Shown here in pieces: positions 42,139 through 56,352 of a DNA stretch of 64,000 nt (the first letter of the stretch is position 1; each line of letters starts with the position of its first letter). The notes under the pieces are model-generated. The model was not told where the DNA came from. It saw nothing but the letters and a program-made list of their open reading frames with translations, and searched no databases. The translations under genes and the position numbers were made by a program. Source of the DNA: Octopus vulgaris (Eukaryota); NCBI GenBank assembly GCA_951406725.2, contig OX597814.1, forward strand, positions 183,520,001 through 183,584,000, given 5' to 3'.

Positions 42139-44036
42139 CAGGTATGTATGTATACACGCATACAAAAATGATATTGAAGATGATAAACAAATAAACGGAA
42201 AACTATTTTAACGCTTAAATGGCGTGTTGTAAAGTCATTAAAAGGGAAAGGAAATTCTTGCAAGAAACCACACACCAAGGATAGTCAATAGATTCTCAGT
42301 ATTTTATTCTCGAAGGTACTCTAATTTAGTCATACATCCTCTACATTAAAATGTCTCTTCCTTTTTACTTTTCAAGTATCATTTGTAAACGCTGGACCAA
42401 ACATAACATGGTTGAATGGGAGAGGTTTTAATACTCGGGCCGTTTCCTTTAGAAATTGTTTCCACTTGAAAACAGTCTATACATTTTATATAAATATCTA
42501 CATACAGACACAAAAGCAGAAACGCAGAAGAAAAAAACACACTTGCACATTCACAGATTCATATATATATATATATATATATATATACTGCTTCACACGC
42601 ACACATGCACACATAAATTCATTTACGTTCATGCCCATAAACACATAACACATATGTGTTTCTATAATATTGATCAAATCAATTGTAGATTTGTTAGGAC
42701 AAACTTCAGATAATTTTGTAGTTTCCATACAATGAAAAATTCAATATGTTTACCCAAAACAATTTTTGAATTAAGAATAGAATAGATATAATGGCTCAAT
42801 TTTTCCTGTGAGAGTTTCTCAGATTTCTTTACAGATTTCTGAAAATGTCTGTCGTATTAATGACAAAAGTCTCTAAATCATAAGAGATTTAGTATTTAGT
42901 ATTGGAAAAGCTCAGTAGGCCCTTTTCGCTGCAACCATTAAGAATAAAGGCTTTCCATACATTGATATTTGTGGAATTTATGTTCTTTTAGTATAATTGT
43001 ATTAGTTTACCTAATGTAGAAGGAAACGGTAACTGTTATGTCTATCAATATAGAGAATATTTATTGTGGTCTATTCTTCAAGGGAGTTAAAATTTTATGC
43101 AAGGAAATCTAATTCCTTGCTCTCACCGGATTTAATTACCATACGAAATCTTTGTGAGAAATTGCCTGGCACATTAAAGAATATTCATGCAGTGATTTTG
43201 ATTGTTAAAAGTTTTGATATTTCAATCTCTCCAGAGGGGAAATTCGAAACCTTATTACAGTAAATATATTCTAATAAATTAAGTGCCTCTATCGTAGGAA
43301 TGTGGCTGAAACCGTTAGCCATCTATTCCTGAAGATACAGTCCTAATATGCGCAGCGTTATCGCGTTATAATTATAATCTGTTGCCTTAATACATTTAAT
43401 GTAAAATATTTTTCTGCATATTTTGTCATAATAACAGGTTGTACTATATCTAATGAAATTACTTCATTTAGAAATAAATTCTCCGGAGGCTAACATAATA
43501 TGCTTAATCAAATATTAATGAATGTTTTCTAATTTAGAAAATGTGCGATAGCAATACATTATTTATATTACAACAATAAAACAAAGCACAGAATATCACT
43601 AAGAAGCCATGCATACAGTTAATAGAAACTGTCATACTGTTTTATATTAAAACCAATACATGACCTGTAGGGTGAACTGCAGTGTTGTAGCAACGGTTTA
43701 GTGTTATATAAACATTGCATTATAATAACAAACGCTATAGAGTAGAAGGTATTGACGTCTTATATATTTTACACATCGCTAACGAAATGCCTAAACAAAT
43801 ATATTCACAATTGCCGGAATTAACACAGCAAGCAAAAGCGTTATATTCATTTGACAAAAAGTTTTCGTCTCACTATAATAAATCATCCTGTTTTCTATTG
43901 TATGCTTCTTCACCTATATATTTATAAAGAGTCTCAAAGAAAAGTGGTTGCGGTACATATAAACGCTTCACAAAGTGTGCTGTATCTTCAGTTACATAGC
44001 ACAAATGTGAATATGTGTTTGTACTTCTGTGTGAGG

Positions 44037-44109
<73 letters not shown>

Positions 44110-44433
44110 TGCGCACACTCTAACTCAAATGCTTACGCACGAATGTATACTTACACGCATACATTTCGATGTATGTATACAGAGATGTAGATATATGTCT
44201 ATATGTGTTTCTGTGTGTGTGTGTGTGTGTGCTGGCGTGCGAGTGTGTATGTGTAAGATGAATACTTGATTTATTGAAATCGTTCAGAGAGCGAAGGAGA
44301 GATAGGTACGGAGAAGCTGGGGAATGAGAAAGAGAGAGGAAATATGCGGGTAATGAGAGAGAGAGGTAGAGTGAGCTAGAGAGAGAATGGGGGATTGAAA
44401 GAGAGATTGAAGGAGAGATATAGAATGAGAGAC

Positions 44434-44480
<47 letters not shown>

Positions 44481-45082
44481 TAAACAAAAATGCTCAGTGA
44501 CCATTGCAACCCACTAACTGAAAGTGTGAATTAAATCTCAACAATAAAAAAGAAACTCTCCAGAATTGACCTACCAATAAGGAGAAAAAAAAGAGGTCAG
44601 CTGCTTACACAGGTTTCTACTTCAATAAATGTCATCACCACCGTAATTGTCTTCGCTTTAATCCTGAAGGCGTAAGGTGTCGATACGCTAAAGAATGGAT
44701 TACATTTATCGCCTCCAATAGTATTCATAAGTAGAAGGAAAATGAGTTCATGGAAATAACAAATGACAAGGGATATCAATATGGACAACAAAGACCGAGG
44801 AAAATATATATTTTCTTGTATAGAAATAATTTTGACTTGGAGTGGCAGGAACAAATCTATTTATCTGTATTTTTGACGTTTGGACTGTATATGTATGTTT
44901 GTTCAGGCTCCTTCATTGGAATTTCGACATCAATAACAGAGTATGTATGTATGTATGTATGTATGTATGTATGTATGTATGTATGTATGTATGTATGTAT
45001 GTATGCATGCATGCATGCATGTATGCGTGCAGATTTGTATGTTTTGCTTTATGTATGTATTCTAGACATACTCATATATATT

Positions 45083-45960
45083 TAAATGATAAACTTCTGG
45101 TAAGTTTTACAGATTTTTACAGTTCCAGTGATATATTAGATCTGTAGTATTCGAATCAGCTTTCTCCTTTCTGGCTTCGAGAAGCCTAATTTCTCAAGAT
45201 TGGTATTTAGGCAGTGTGTTACATATCCTAGGGCCCCAATAATTACAGGTATAAACCTGAGCTTGTAATCTGGATAGCATTACTACTGATTTCTCAATAG
45301 TTCAGCGTAGGTATCTTCTTTTTCACCGATCTTCAGCTTTATATTAATATCCACTGGGCAACTAATTTCCACAACTGTGTACAGTTTTTCTTCTCTATCC
45401 CAAATCGTTATATCAGGTCTGTTGTGCTTACATTTTATTGAGGTCTTCACTGGAACATCCCACCAGTACTGCTTTTTATTATGAGTGGCTATGGCTTCTA
45501 CCATACTGTGGGTTTTTATTTCTTTGTCCTCGGGGTTATCTTTCCGACAGATTTCCTTATAGATTATCCTAGCTACAGCATCATGTCTCATCGGTAGATA
45601 ATACCGTGAAGACATTTTTGGACAACTGCTTATGATGTTGGTAATACCTTCGGTATTAACTGCAGAGAGTCTGCATCTGTTGTTACATTTTACTGCTTTT
45701 CCTGCATCTCTGTCCCGTTTGTGTATCAGGTACTTGATTGATATTTCTTATTCCTGGATTGCAAACGCAAACCCTTCAAAGTGGGGGGTAGTAATCCGGC
45801 TATTGGTCTATGATAAACTGCTTTGATGATCATATTACTATCACCACGGAACTTTCTACTAACATATCCATGCATAGTCTTCTACTCATATAGGCTCATC
45901 CTTTCATCTGATGATTCGTTGCAGTTGAATCGTGCGACTTCTTTGGGTATGTATTCTAGG
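45083..45960 (-). pseudogene. R4/Dong-like (restriction-like endonuclease) non-LTR retrotransposon, 3' remnant
   Basis: FEGFAFAIQE*EI, decayed CCHC (CRLS...NIISSCP), RHDAVA, WWD, KHNRPDITIWD, VVEISCP; related 3' pieces at 52170-52500. Confidence 0.8.
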
Positions 45961-46242
45961 TTATCAGACAAAAAATGGGATCTTTACTTTTTGACAGACA
46001 GATTTCAAAAATATTTTTTGTAACTACACACTTTCAAACTTCGGACACTGGTAGAATGTGTCATATAAAACATCATTTACTCTTAGCGTTTTTGAGAAAA
46101 GCTTATATTGAGGAAGTTATTTCACGTTCAAGTTGTCCTATTTCGGTAATTTCAACCAATCAATGACTGAATAAAATTACTGCCGTTGTTTTTCAACAAG
46201 AAATTCCAGCGGTGTATATTTCATTTGTCCCTGTTATTTATG

Positions 46243-46328
46243 ACAACCCTAACCCTACAACCTTAACCCTAAACCTAACCCTAAAACACTAACCCTAACC
46301 CTAATACCCTAACCCGAAAACCCTAACC
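46243..46328. repeat. Degenerate interstitial (TAACCC)n
   Basis: About a dozen imperfect CCCTAA units. Confidence 0.8.
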
Positions 46329-46744
46329 ATCACTCAAAAGAACTCAACTCCACATGGAGTCAAGAGCAGCTGTATTCCAATGAACGGATTCTGCAATATT
46401 AGAAAGAAGTGCGAAAATATGTGTGTGTGTGTGTGTGTTGTTTATCTTGTTGTTTTAGTTTTTTAGCCCCAGGTCAAATCTGATCGATCAGATTTATCAA
46501 ACGCATTCTACTCAAGACGATGTTTTGCCAAAATGTCAATGATATGAGTAATGATAATTGGAAAGTCGGAATTATATTCGGTTAACTTACACTCGGAGTA
46601 TTTGAAAGGAGCATGTAAATATTGTTTAGAAAAAGAACAACAGCATCTAGAAAGAATGGGCTTAAATTTACGTTTTACTCTGTGTTTAGAGATGTAAATC
46701 TACTTCCCTTTCCCCCCAGGACGGATAACAACTCATATATCACA

Positions 46745-47262
<518 letters not shown>

Positions 47263-47263
47263 T

Positions 47264-47316
47264 TGGCTCCCCGGCGGGGAATCGAACCCCGGTCTCCCTC
47301 TTGACAGGCGGGGATA
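47264..47316 (-). pseudogene. 3' two-thirds of tRNA-Asp(GTC) ending in CCA
   Basis: Minus strand TATCCCCGCCTGTCAAGAGGGAGACCGGGGTTCGATTCCCCGCCGGGGAG-CCA matches the canonical metazoan tRNA-Asp from the D-arm end onward with about 3 mismatches. Confidence 0.85.
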
Positions 47317-48492
47317 TTTCATTTTATGTAATTTTACAAAGCATATAGCTTATACACTGAATTGATAATATATCCTCACAATGTATATTTAGTATCAGCT
47401 CAATAATATGCTAAGGAATATACATTTACTCAATACAAACGTAAATATGAAAGTGAATGCTAATGTCTCTGAAAGCATGACTACTGTTTCATTTGTTGAA
47501 CTCTGATAACATTACGTTACCAAACAGAATTAATTCGATTGATGAATCATTGATTAGAAATGTTTTACGAATTTACTATCGAAAACTGCTTTTGAATTTA
47601 AAGACAGCGTAACTCTCATTAATTACTATTAGGTTTCAGTGCCATCAAACTATCAAGCTTATATTCATCATAGCCATTGTTCAGTCTGTAACACTGTGCC
47701 CTATCTCGTAAGAACAGAATATTATTTATGTTGAATTTCATAACAAACGGACAAATTTGTTAGTAATACAGCTGGGGATTATGAAAATTAATAAGCCATT
47801 AGAGAGAGGCTGAAAATCAGCAACATATCGAAGGAATATGCTTTAACAAATCATAAACCGAACTATGTAATCAACTTGACGGGGCATAGCAGCGTGCTAA
47901 AATAATACGATATATTTATTAAGTAAATTTTGAGTGTGTATAAAACTCTTTCTGGAACACTGAAAGTTGTCAGTTTTCAAAATGCCATTCATTTTGTTTT
48001 TGTTAAATTGCTTAGAGAAACAAACTCTAGACGACTCCTGGGTATTTCAACCGATTCTATATGTTCCCTCTTTCACATGAGATCATATATATTCTCGATA
48101 TTTCTCTGGAGAAAACCAGCGAAAACGATTTACAGGGTATCTTCCATGATTCACTGTAGCCCCAGCCTCTTATATTGGTAAAAGTTGAATGTATTAACTA
48201 TTTACTTCTGCTAATTTTGCTTAGTCTTTTCTTCTTTTGTTGCATAAATATAACGATATAACATACAAAATGGAGAATGGAAAGCAATAAAACCTTATTT
48301 TCAGAGCGATTACGTTAGTTTATTACTTCATGTGAGATCTTTTCTTTTGTTGAATGCCGTTTCCCTATAATGCAATAACGCACAAGGTTCTGACCAAGCC
48401 AATATATCTTTTCATTCTGAAGTGACGTTCCATTGGAATATGCACGCTTTGCCAACCAAGATGACAAATATATGATGACGCAAGCATTTCAT

Positions 48493-48586
<94 letters not shown>

Positions 48587-49243
48587 TATTCATAGCAGGA
48601 ATTGACTAAAGAATACAAAACTGAGATCATTTATTTCAACATTATGTGCTGCTACGTTTGTTTTAGTTATGAATATTTATTTTCAGATGTCTATTAAACA
48701 TTGGTATGGTTAACCAGCGGTACTGTTTGGGTTAGCTGTTACAACAAATCATTGTTGGTTTGGTTATTGTAACTTAAGCATATAACAGCAGAACTATATA
48801 CACAGATGTGTATCCCACGCCAAGTTTGTTCGCAAGATCAGACTGATTTATAGACAATAGTAGCGGAAAATGAAATCTTATACAAATATTCAAATAAGAT
48901 CTTATAAGACATATTTCTTTCAACGCTTAATGCTCCGACGAAGTGCTACTCTTGAGAATTTATAGAGCAATTATATACATACAATTTGTAGCTTCCCGGA
49001 CGTTACAAAAGAACTAACCTCATATTATTCAAACCTAAAAGTATGCTATTCGCTGCTTAATATATTTTGAAATAATTTAATTCTAAATACACAAATAATT
49101 ATTAATATATCAAATATGAAATAATGAAAAAATGATATAAAAGTGAGAACCAAATTTGATATTCAAAGGACGCTATAAGTATTTCTGATAGTCATATTTC
49201 CTTTAAGAAATTTACAAGTATTATCTAATGTGAAATATAAATA

Positions 49244-49286
<43 letters not shown>

Positions 49287-52164
49287 ATCATGACCGGAAT
49301 TGATTTCATGTATATTTCTTTGCTTTCAATTCATCGTCAGCTAAACGCTTTCTAACTTTGTCACAGAAAATGTAATCGTCGATTAATCGTAGTATATGAC
49401 TGTGACTTGTTTTGTCTATCGAACAAAAATGAATCCCGAAGTTGGCCCCAACGATAGCTTAATTCAGAAAGTTGAAGGACGATACTAAATGCTGTGAAGA
49501 ATCATATTCTATATTTCCAACATTTCTGTCTGTAAGACATATCTTATAATTCTTACCTTTACGAAAACACATATTTGTGTAGAAGAAGTATGGGCAATTA
49601 AACTGATCGATTTGAACTAATAACTGCTTACTACTTAATTAATCGAAAACGGAGAATTAAATGCGGTAGGGTTTGAGATTAGAAACTAGTTGCAAGAGAC
49701 TGAACATACACAGAGTTTTGTAAATTTAGCATTAATTTTTATTTGTTTATTGATCCATAACGCACTACAAAAATAACAAAGATAAGGATAGGCTCCAGAT
49801 GAATGTTTTGTAAGCAGCCATCATTTCTTATGAAATGAGTGTATTATTCGGCCGTTCATATATAATATATTCTGAAATCATTAAAATACCAGTTACAATT
49901 TTTTAAAGTATTTTTTTATTAATATTTGCAAAGCTGGAAGTTAGATACGAAGTAACCATTAGGCGAAGGACACAGTCACCCTACAATCGCTAGAATGTTG
50001 ATCAATACTTCTTACACGATTAATTAATTTCTTTTTACGTTGTATACTCGGATCCCTCCAGCGTAGACGTTCCTTTTCATCATTCTGAGGTTGATGCAAT
50101 AAGAAGCCATGAAATAGTGGTACAATTTCATTTGGGTGTTTAATTGTAGCTGTATTTAAAATCTAAATTTAATGAACCAATTGCTTACTATTAGCCTTTG
50201 CAGACAAACTTTTCTGTCTCCTTCATGATCTCTGTTCACCTTCTTTTAAATTGCGTCATTAGCCATTAAAAAGATTATTCCCTGTTTGTGAACGAAATCA
50301 CTCAAACTAGTAAACACATAGAGATATGCGCAAACACAAAAGGGCCCATACGTCCGAGCACTAAATATATAGACATATCTATACATTTCATGTGCAAATA
50401 TAAAATATACTCTCAAAAACACCTGCCAAGGCTCACATATATACACATGGTTTGATATAGGTATACATGTATGTTTCTGTGTCTATATTTTTGTGTAATT
50501 ATTTGTGCATGTGTGTGTGTGTGCATATGTTTATATATGTATGTTATTGATACATCAGCAAATAGAGACTGACAATATGATTCAGTATCTGTAGAAACTC
50601 GCTTATTGCCTGACGATCACTTTGACGTGAAACTCGAGTTATGAGAAATTAATTTACTTTGAACAACGCATACGTGCATATGTATACATATATGTATCTG
50701 CCCATACACACACAGACGCTCATATATTCCTGTTTTTGAAATATGCTTTCGTAGAACACTAGAATAGTTTCCTGTGAAAATATTTTTTCCTCTTTAAGAA
50801 TACAATACTGATTGATTTAGAATGCTGGAAGCCTATCATAGTTTTAACCATTCTTATGGATAAAATCTATTCATACGATCGAAACAATAGCTAAATTTTC
50901 CATATTTCCTTTATTTATTGTCAACTCCTCCGTGTTATTTCACATAAAGCTAACAAAAAAGATCTAACTTGAAATTTTCAGAAAAAAACCATATTCATTT
51001 AATAACAATGAACTTTTCTATGGATACTTCTCATATCGTTATTTTTTGTTTAACAGATCCAAATGTATTATAACTATTATGTAATATTCAAATATTACAT
51101 GTGAAGTGCCATCTTTTGTTTTATAGTTAAAATATAAAAGAAAAAACGCAATAAAACATGGAGACACACGCAAAGCAAACAAACTGACACACGCATACAT
51201 ATTTATAAAGGCAGGAAAATTACAAATCTGCGTGCCCTTACACATACATGTATATGTGTTCTGTATTGTTTATAACTCTTTGAAATCTTCGTATAAGAAG
51301 ACGTTTACTCACGAAGAATCAAGGTACCGTCATTCAAAATTATACAAGAATAATGGTAACGTGTTTCATGTCGAATATTAGAAAAGTATCACGTATTTCA
51401 TCTGAATTTGAAGTGTACGAGAATATTTAGGTGTATTACCTTATACAGTTGTATTTCTGTTTTTTAATTCTTTAGTAAAGAAAGGACTGCTTTATAACGA
51501 AGAAACATTACTCCAATTCTCTAATTTATATAAATTATAATTTTTTACCTCTTTCGTTTAAAGCATACATGTCCATCTCTAGAAAAATCTCGCATATATT
51601 TACTGTTTCGCTTGAAGATTGTATTTTCAAAGTACTGACAGCTGGTCATTTTCTTTGCCACAAAAACACAGCTATTCGAAATTGTTCATATCTTTACATA
51701 CGCATGCACCTATGATTAGATTCGCTTCATTAGTACGTGTTCACACACACCCACGCACGCACATAGACATATAGCACGCACACAAGTACACGTGTACATA
51801 CGCAAAGACTAATGTATATAACTGTCTATATGTGTGTGTATGAGTATGCAATTGATAACACGTAGAATGTGCTTCTAGTCCATTCACTGAAGTGGCCAGG
51901 AAGAACTGATGCCATATAACAGGAAAAAAGTACAGACAAACAACTGGTTTAAAGTCAGATTATGACATTTATATAAATGGCCCAAGCCAATCTTCATTAG
52001 TCTGTTATAACATCCCTACAAGTTCAGTTGCAGTTCAAGATGGAGTTTAGACAAAGTGACAGCCTGAGCATTGATCGTATGTACCTAATATCTTTGCTCT
52101 TCAGACGTAATATTACCTGAAATGTACCTAAGTATGTATATATGTATGGATGCATGTATGTATG

Positions 52165-52500
52165 TCATTTTTCAAATTTATTTCAAGATTTCTTGCCAAT
52201 AGAGAAAGAAGTGGTTTCTAACCTAGATCCAAGGCTCCTTCATCGGGATTTCAACTACATTAACAGAGTATTTTTGTATGTATGTATGTATGTGTGCAGA
52301 TTTTTTTTGTTTTATGTATGTATGCTCATGCATATAGTTGCATATCTAAACAAGTTCATGTATACTTAAATAATAAACTCCTGGAAAGTTTTACGGATTT
52401 TTACAGTTCCAGTGATGGATTGTAGCTGTAGTCTTCAAGTCAGATTTCTTCTTTTTGGTTTTGATAAACCTAATTTCTCAAGGCTGATATTTAGTGCTAC
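52165..52500 (-). mobile_element. Second 3' remnant of the R4/Dong-like family
   Basis: Shares AGGCTCCTTCAT..GATTTC..AACAGAGTA and TAAACT.CTGG.AAGTTTTAC.GATTTTTACAGTTCCAGTGAT with 44900-45210. Confidence 0.65.
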
Positions 52501-55343
52501 AATAAGTACATGTATAAACCTTGTATGTATATATGTTGAGATATACGCATGAATATATGCAAGTATATACGTATATGTGTGTCCTGGGTGTGACATTAAA
52601 CTGCATTCGGTGGTGAAGCTCCAGTTCTGGAATTATGAGTTTAGGGGAACGTGGACTCATCTTTTAAATACCTTTACGACTTGGTCTGCTCTGACATGGA
52701 TCCTGTCAGTTTCCTCTTTATGGTTTAAATAGATTGTCCTTGGATAGAAGAGGCTACGTTCTTTCTCACGAGGCTGTTAGGAAGGCAGCTCTTCTTGGAG
52801 AAAGAAACTCTGATATAAGACTTGTAGTCACAATATTATCAGTCATCTTTCAATGCTTGTCACTGAAACCTACTGTGGCGACCGAGAGAGTGGTAAATGT
52901 GTCACTTAATCCAACAACGTACCTATATCTCACTATCATTTCATTTCTTGATCCATTTTGTATTTCATAAAGTCCTATGGCGACAGATGGGAGGTGAAAA
53001 GCCAAATACACGTATGTGCAAGGATGAAAGTAAATCAGAACAATCAGTTTGAATGTGAGATGTCTACAAGAAAAGATGAAGCACTCATGTATGTATGTAT
53101 ATATGCACGTGCGCGCGCACGCGTGTGTATTTATACATGTATGTATGTATGTATGTATGCCTCTATCTGCATACTCTTCTTGATTGATGTGTCAGCCTAA
53201 CGGTCATCCTTTTAAAAATTCGCTTGCTCTTTAAATTCAGTGTTGTTTTACCCCTTTTTTATTGTACTAATAATTGTGAGCACCTGAAGCATATTGGCTA
53301 TGAATTTTTTTTTTCACTTTTGTATAATCTGAACTCCTCCCGTGTTGCATTACTTATCTGTTCATGGTTTGATAATGCGTATAACGCTGAAAATGTACTT
53401 AGAAATGTGTATTTATTTGTAAACTTCTCGAAAAGATTCCACCCTTTCTGTTTTTTTGTTTTTTTTTACGAAATTAATGCCTGATAAACCTCCACCTTGC
53501 ACAACAGAGAATGCTTTTTTAGATTCCAAATAATCAATACCAGCTTGTGGTCTAATTTAGTTAACGATTTTACTATATTTCATTTTAGATCCCACCATTG
53601 TTTTATGATCGAATGGTCTTAATATGATATCTTTTATTGCTTGTTGCTAGCTTTTTATTTTTATAATTTTTTCTGACTTCTCTGGATGACATCATTTTCA
53701 GAAAGCAATAATATCTCGATCTGAATTTGCAATGAGCTTCGATGTCGCTGATGTGCTTATATATTGTTTTTATTCACTGAATTGTTTTTTTAATATCTCA
53801 TATAAGGTATACTCAATGATATTCTGGTTGTGGTTTGTAAGAGTGGTAAAATTATCGAAACTCCGTGTCGGGCTTTTATTGAAGTATATTACAATTGTGG
53901 TCTGTGTTACTCGTCCTAGCACTCTTGTAGAATTTTTGCATTAAGCTACTTTATTTATTTATCTGCTCTTGTCGAACTGGAGGTATGGGACGCGTTGGCA
54001 CAGTCGTTTTCGTTCAACCTATTTGACGTCACTGATTAGATGCTGCCATATTAGGCATCAGAGATTTTAACGTTTCTCTCGTTTTAACGTTTCTCTTGCT
54101 CTTCTTTGCCTTTCTCTCTGTCTGTCTATCTGTCTGTCTCTCTGTGTTTATGAGTGTTAGCATATTTCTCTTTATGTGCATCAAGAGAAGAAAAGCGTTT
54201 CTGTCATGTTCAGTTAACAAATTGTAATGTCACTCTCTCTGCCTCTGTCTGCATTTCTCTCCCACTATCCCTCTCTCCCTTGCTCTGTCTGTCTGTGTAT
54301 ATTTCTGGGCACACGTGCGTACATGTGTGTGCGTGTGTGTGTTTGATTCCGGTGCCTAAAACTACTACTGCCTAAGCAGTCTCAGTGTCGAGTCAACCGT
54401 GTCAAATCAACCAGCGTCCAAAAAGCCACGGTCAAACGTCGTACTGGTCAAATTTTATCGTACTGGGTTGTGTCTCCGAAGATATCCGTGTATATTTTAA
54501 TTTCGTGTCGCTTTCTAAATTCATCAACTAGACTACTTATGTTTTCATCTACATGCGCAGGTATTCTTAATGTTTCAGTCTTACAATTGTTCCTTAAATT
54601 TATTCTGAGTTGCAGAATGGCTTTAATATTATCCGAGGTTTATTATATACGTGAGGAGCACAATACCTCTATACACTCCCACGGCTGTTGGAATTTCCCC
54701 AAACACTAAGTGGCTGCGTTTCCATCATTAGTTCAAAGGGCGAACTATAAGAGTCAGCATTTACATTGTGAAAATCTTGCGAGTGGCGAAATGCTGCTTA
54801 TGTAGTCAGTTATCAGGAAATTATATTTACTCTCTTGAGGTATGCACTTATTACACATTCCTTGAGAAATCCATCAATTCAGAGGGCTTAATCTTGTCGA
54901 AGATACTTGCTATTCTCACTTGTCTACATAGGAATTTTGCAAGTGTGCCCTCATAAAATATTCATGTAGAGGTGTATTTATTTATTTATCTAATTTATCT
55001 TCATTTGTATGAATACATATGTGAAGCAATTTGAAATACAGTATATACCGACAGGTGAGATGTATATGTTCGAAAGATGTACCTGTCAAATATGATAGTT
55101 CGGTTAGAAAACTTTATACGAATATTCATGTATATTCTTACGTACAAATATACACGCACACACAGACACACACACACACTCGCGCACATACACATACATA
55201 CATACGCAAACGTGCATACATATAAACGCATGAATGCGCATACTACTTCCCTACTTGTTAAGGGTTTCAGTATAAATTCTAACCGGTTGCTTGATCGGTT
55301 ACAGCTTGATATGCCAGCATGTGCATGCGCATTCCTTCTCGAG

Positions 55344-55597
55344 CCACGCCTTGGCGTATAGGTTCCTCACCTGGACGGGACGCCTGTCCGTAGCAGTTGA
55401 ACTGCAAGATGTAGGAAGAAAGAGTGCGAGAAAGTTGTGGCAAAAGAGTCAGCAGAAGTTCGCCATTACCTTCTGCCGAAACCGCGTGGAGTTTAGGTGT
55501 TTCGCTCATAAGCACACACACCGCCCGGTCTGAGATTCGAACCCGCGATCCCCCGACCGAGAGTCTGCTGCTCTAACCACTAGGCCATGTGCCTCCA
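55344..55597 (-). mobile_element. SINE family A
   Basis: Reverse-complement homologue of 421-670. Confidence 0.8.
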
Positions 55598-56124
55598 CAT
55601 GTGCATTAGCATGTATGTATATATGTATGACGTATGCATTTATGTATGTATGTACATACATATGTATGCATGTATGTATATGGAAATGTATAGGTGTTAT
55701 AGGGCCAAAGACTTACGAATTTTGCTATGGCTATCATCCGTACTGCGTAGTATCTTGGGCAAACGTTATTAGCTTTACTTTCGGATCGATTCATTCCTTG
55801 CGTTTCAAATTGGGTAGACGGAAACGGAATGGAAGACTTTTCGGGGAGTTTCTATCTGTAATACAAAGATACAGTCTTTTCTCATGATTTGTTGAAATGA
55901 TTCTACCTGTGAATTACGTCAAGGATTAACGTGTTTGTAAAATAATCGTCTACTGAGACGATAATTCGACCACTCACTATTTCACTTGATTGAACGACTG
56001 ACAATGCGCAATCAACGGATGCGAATCGAGAGCGAAGTTTGCTATTTTATTTAATCTGATATTTTATACACTGAATGTATTCATCACAGAGGATATATGG
56101 CATAACGAGCAACCCTTCAAATAT

Positions 56125-56352
56125 CTTCTTTATTGCCCACAAGGGGCTAAACATAGAGGGGACAAACAGGAACAGACAAAGGGATTAAGTCGATTACATC
56201 GACTCCAGTCCGTAAATGCTACTTAATTTATCGACTCCGAAAGGATAAAAGGCAAAGTCGACCTCGGCGGAATTTGAACTCGGAACGTAACGGCAGACGA
56301 AATACGGCTAAGCATTTCGCCCGACGTGCTAACTTTTCTGCCAGCTCGCCTT
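56125..56352 (-). mobile_element. SINE family C (further decayed copies at ~56560-56768 and ~56790-56910)
   Basis: Reverse complement of 16445-16675. Confidence 0.8.

Noticed and set aside
53520-54070. Possible piggyBac transposase 3' remnant
   Set aside because: Only vague motif resemblance (ISRSEF, C-terminal VCVT..FLH) with no continuous frame; needs tBLASTn.
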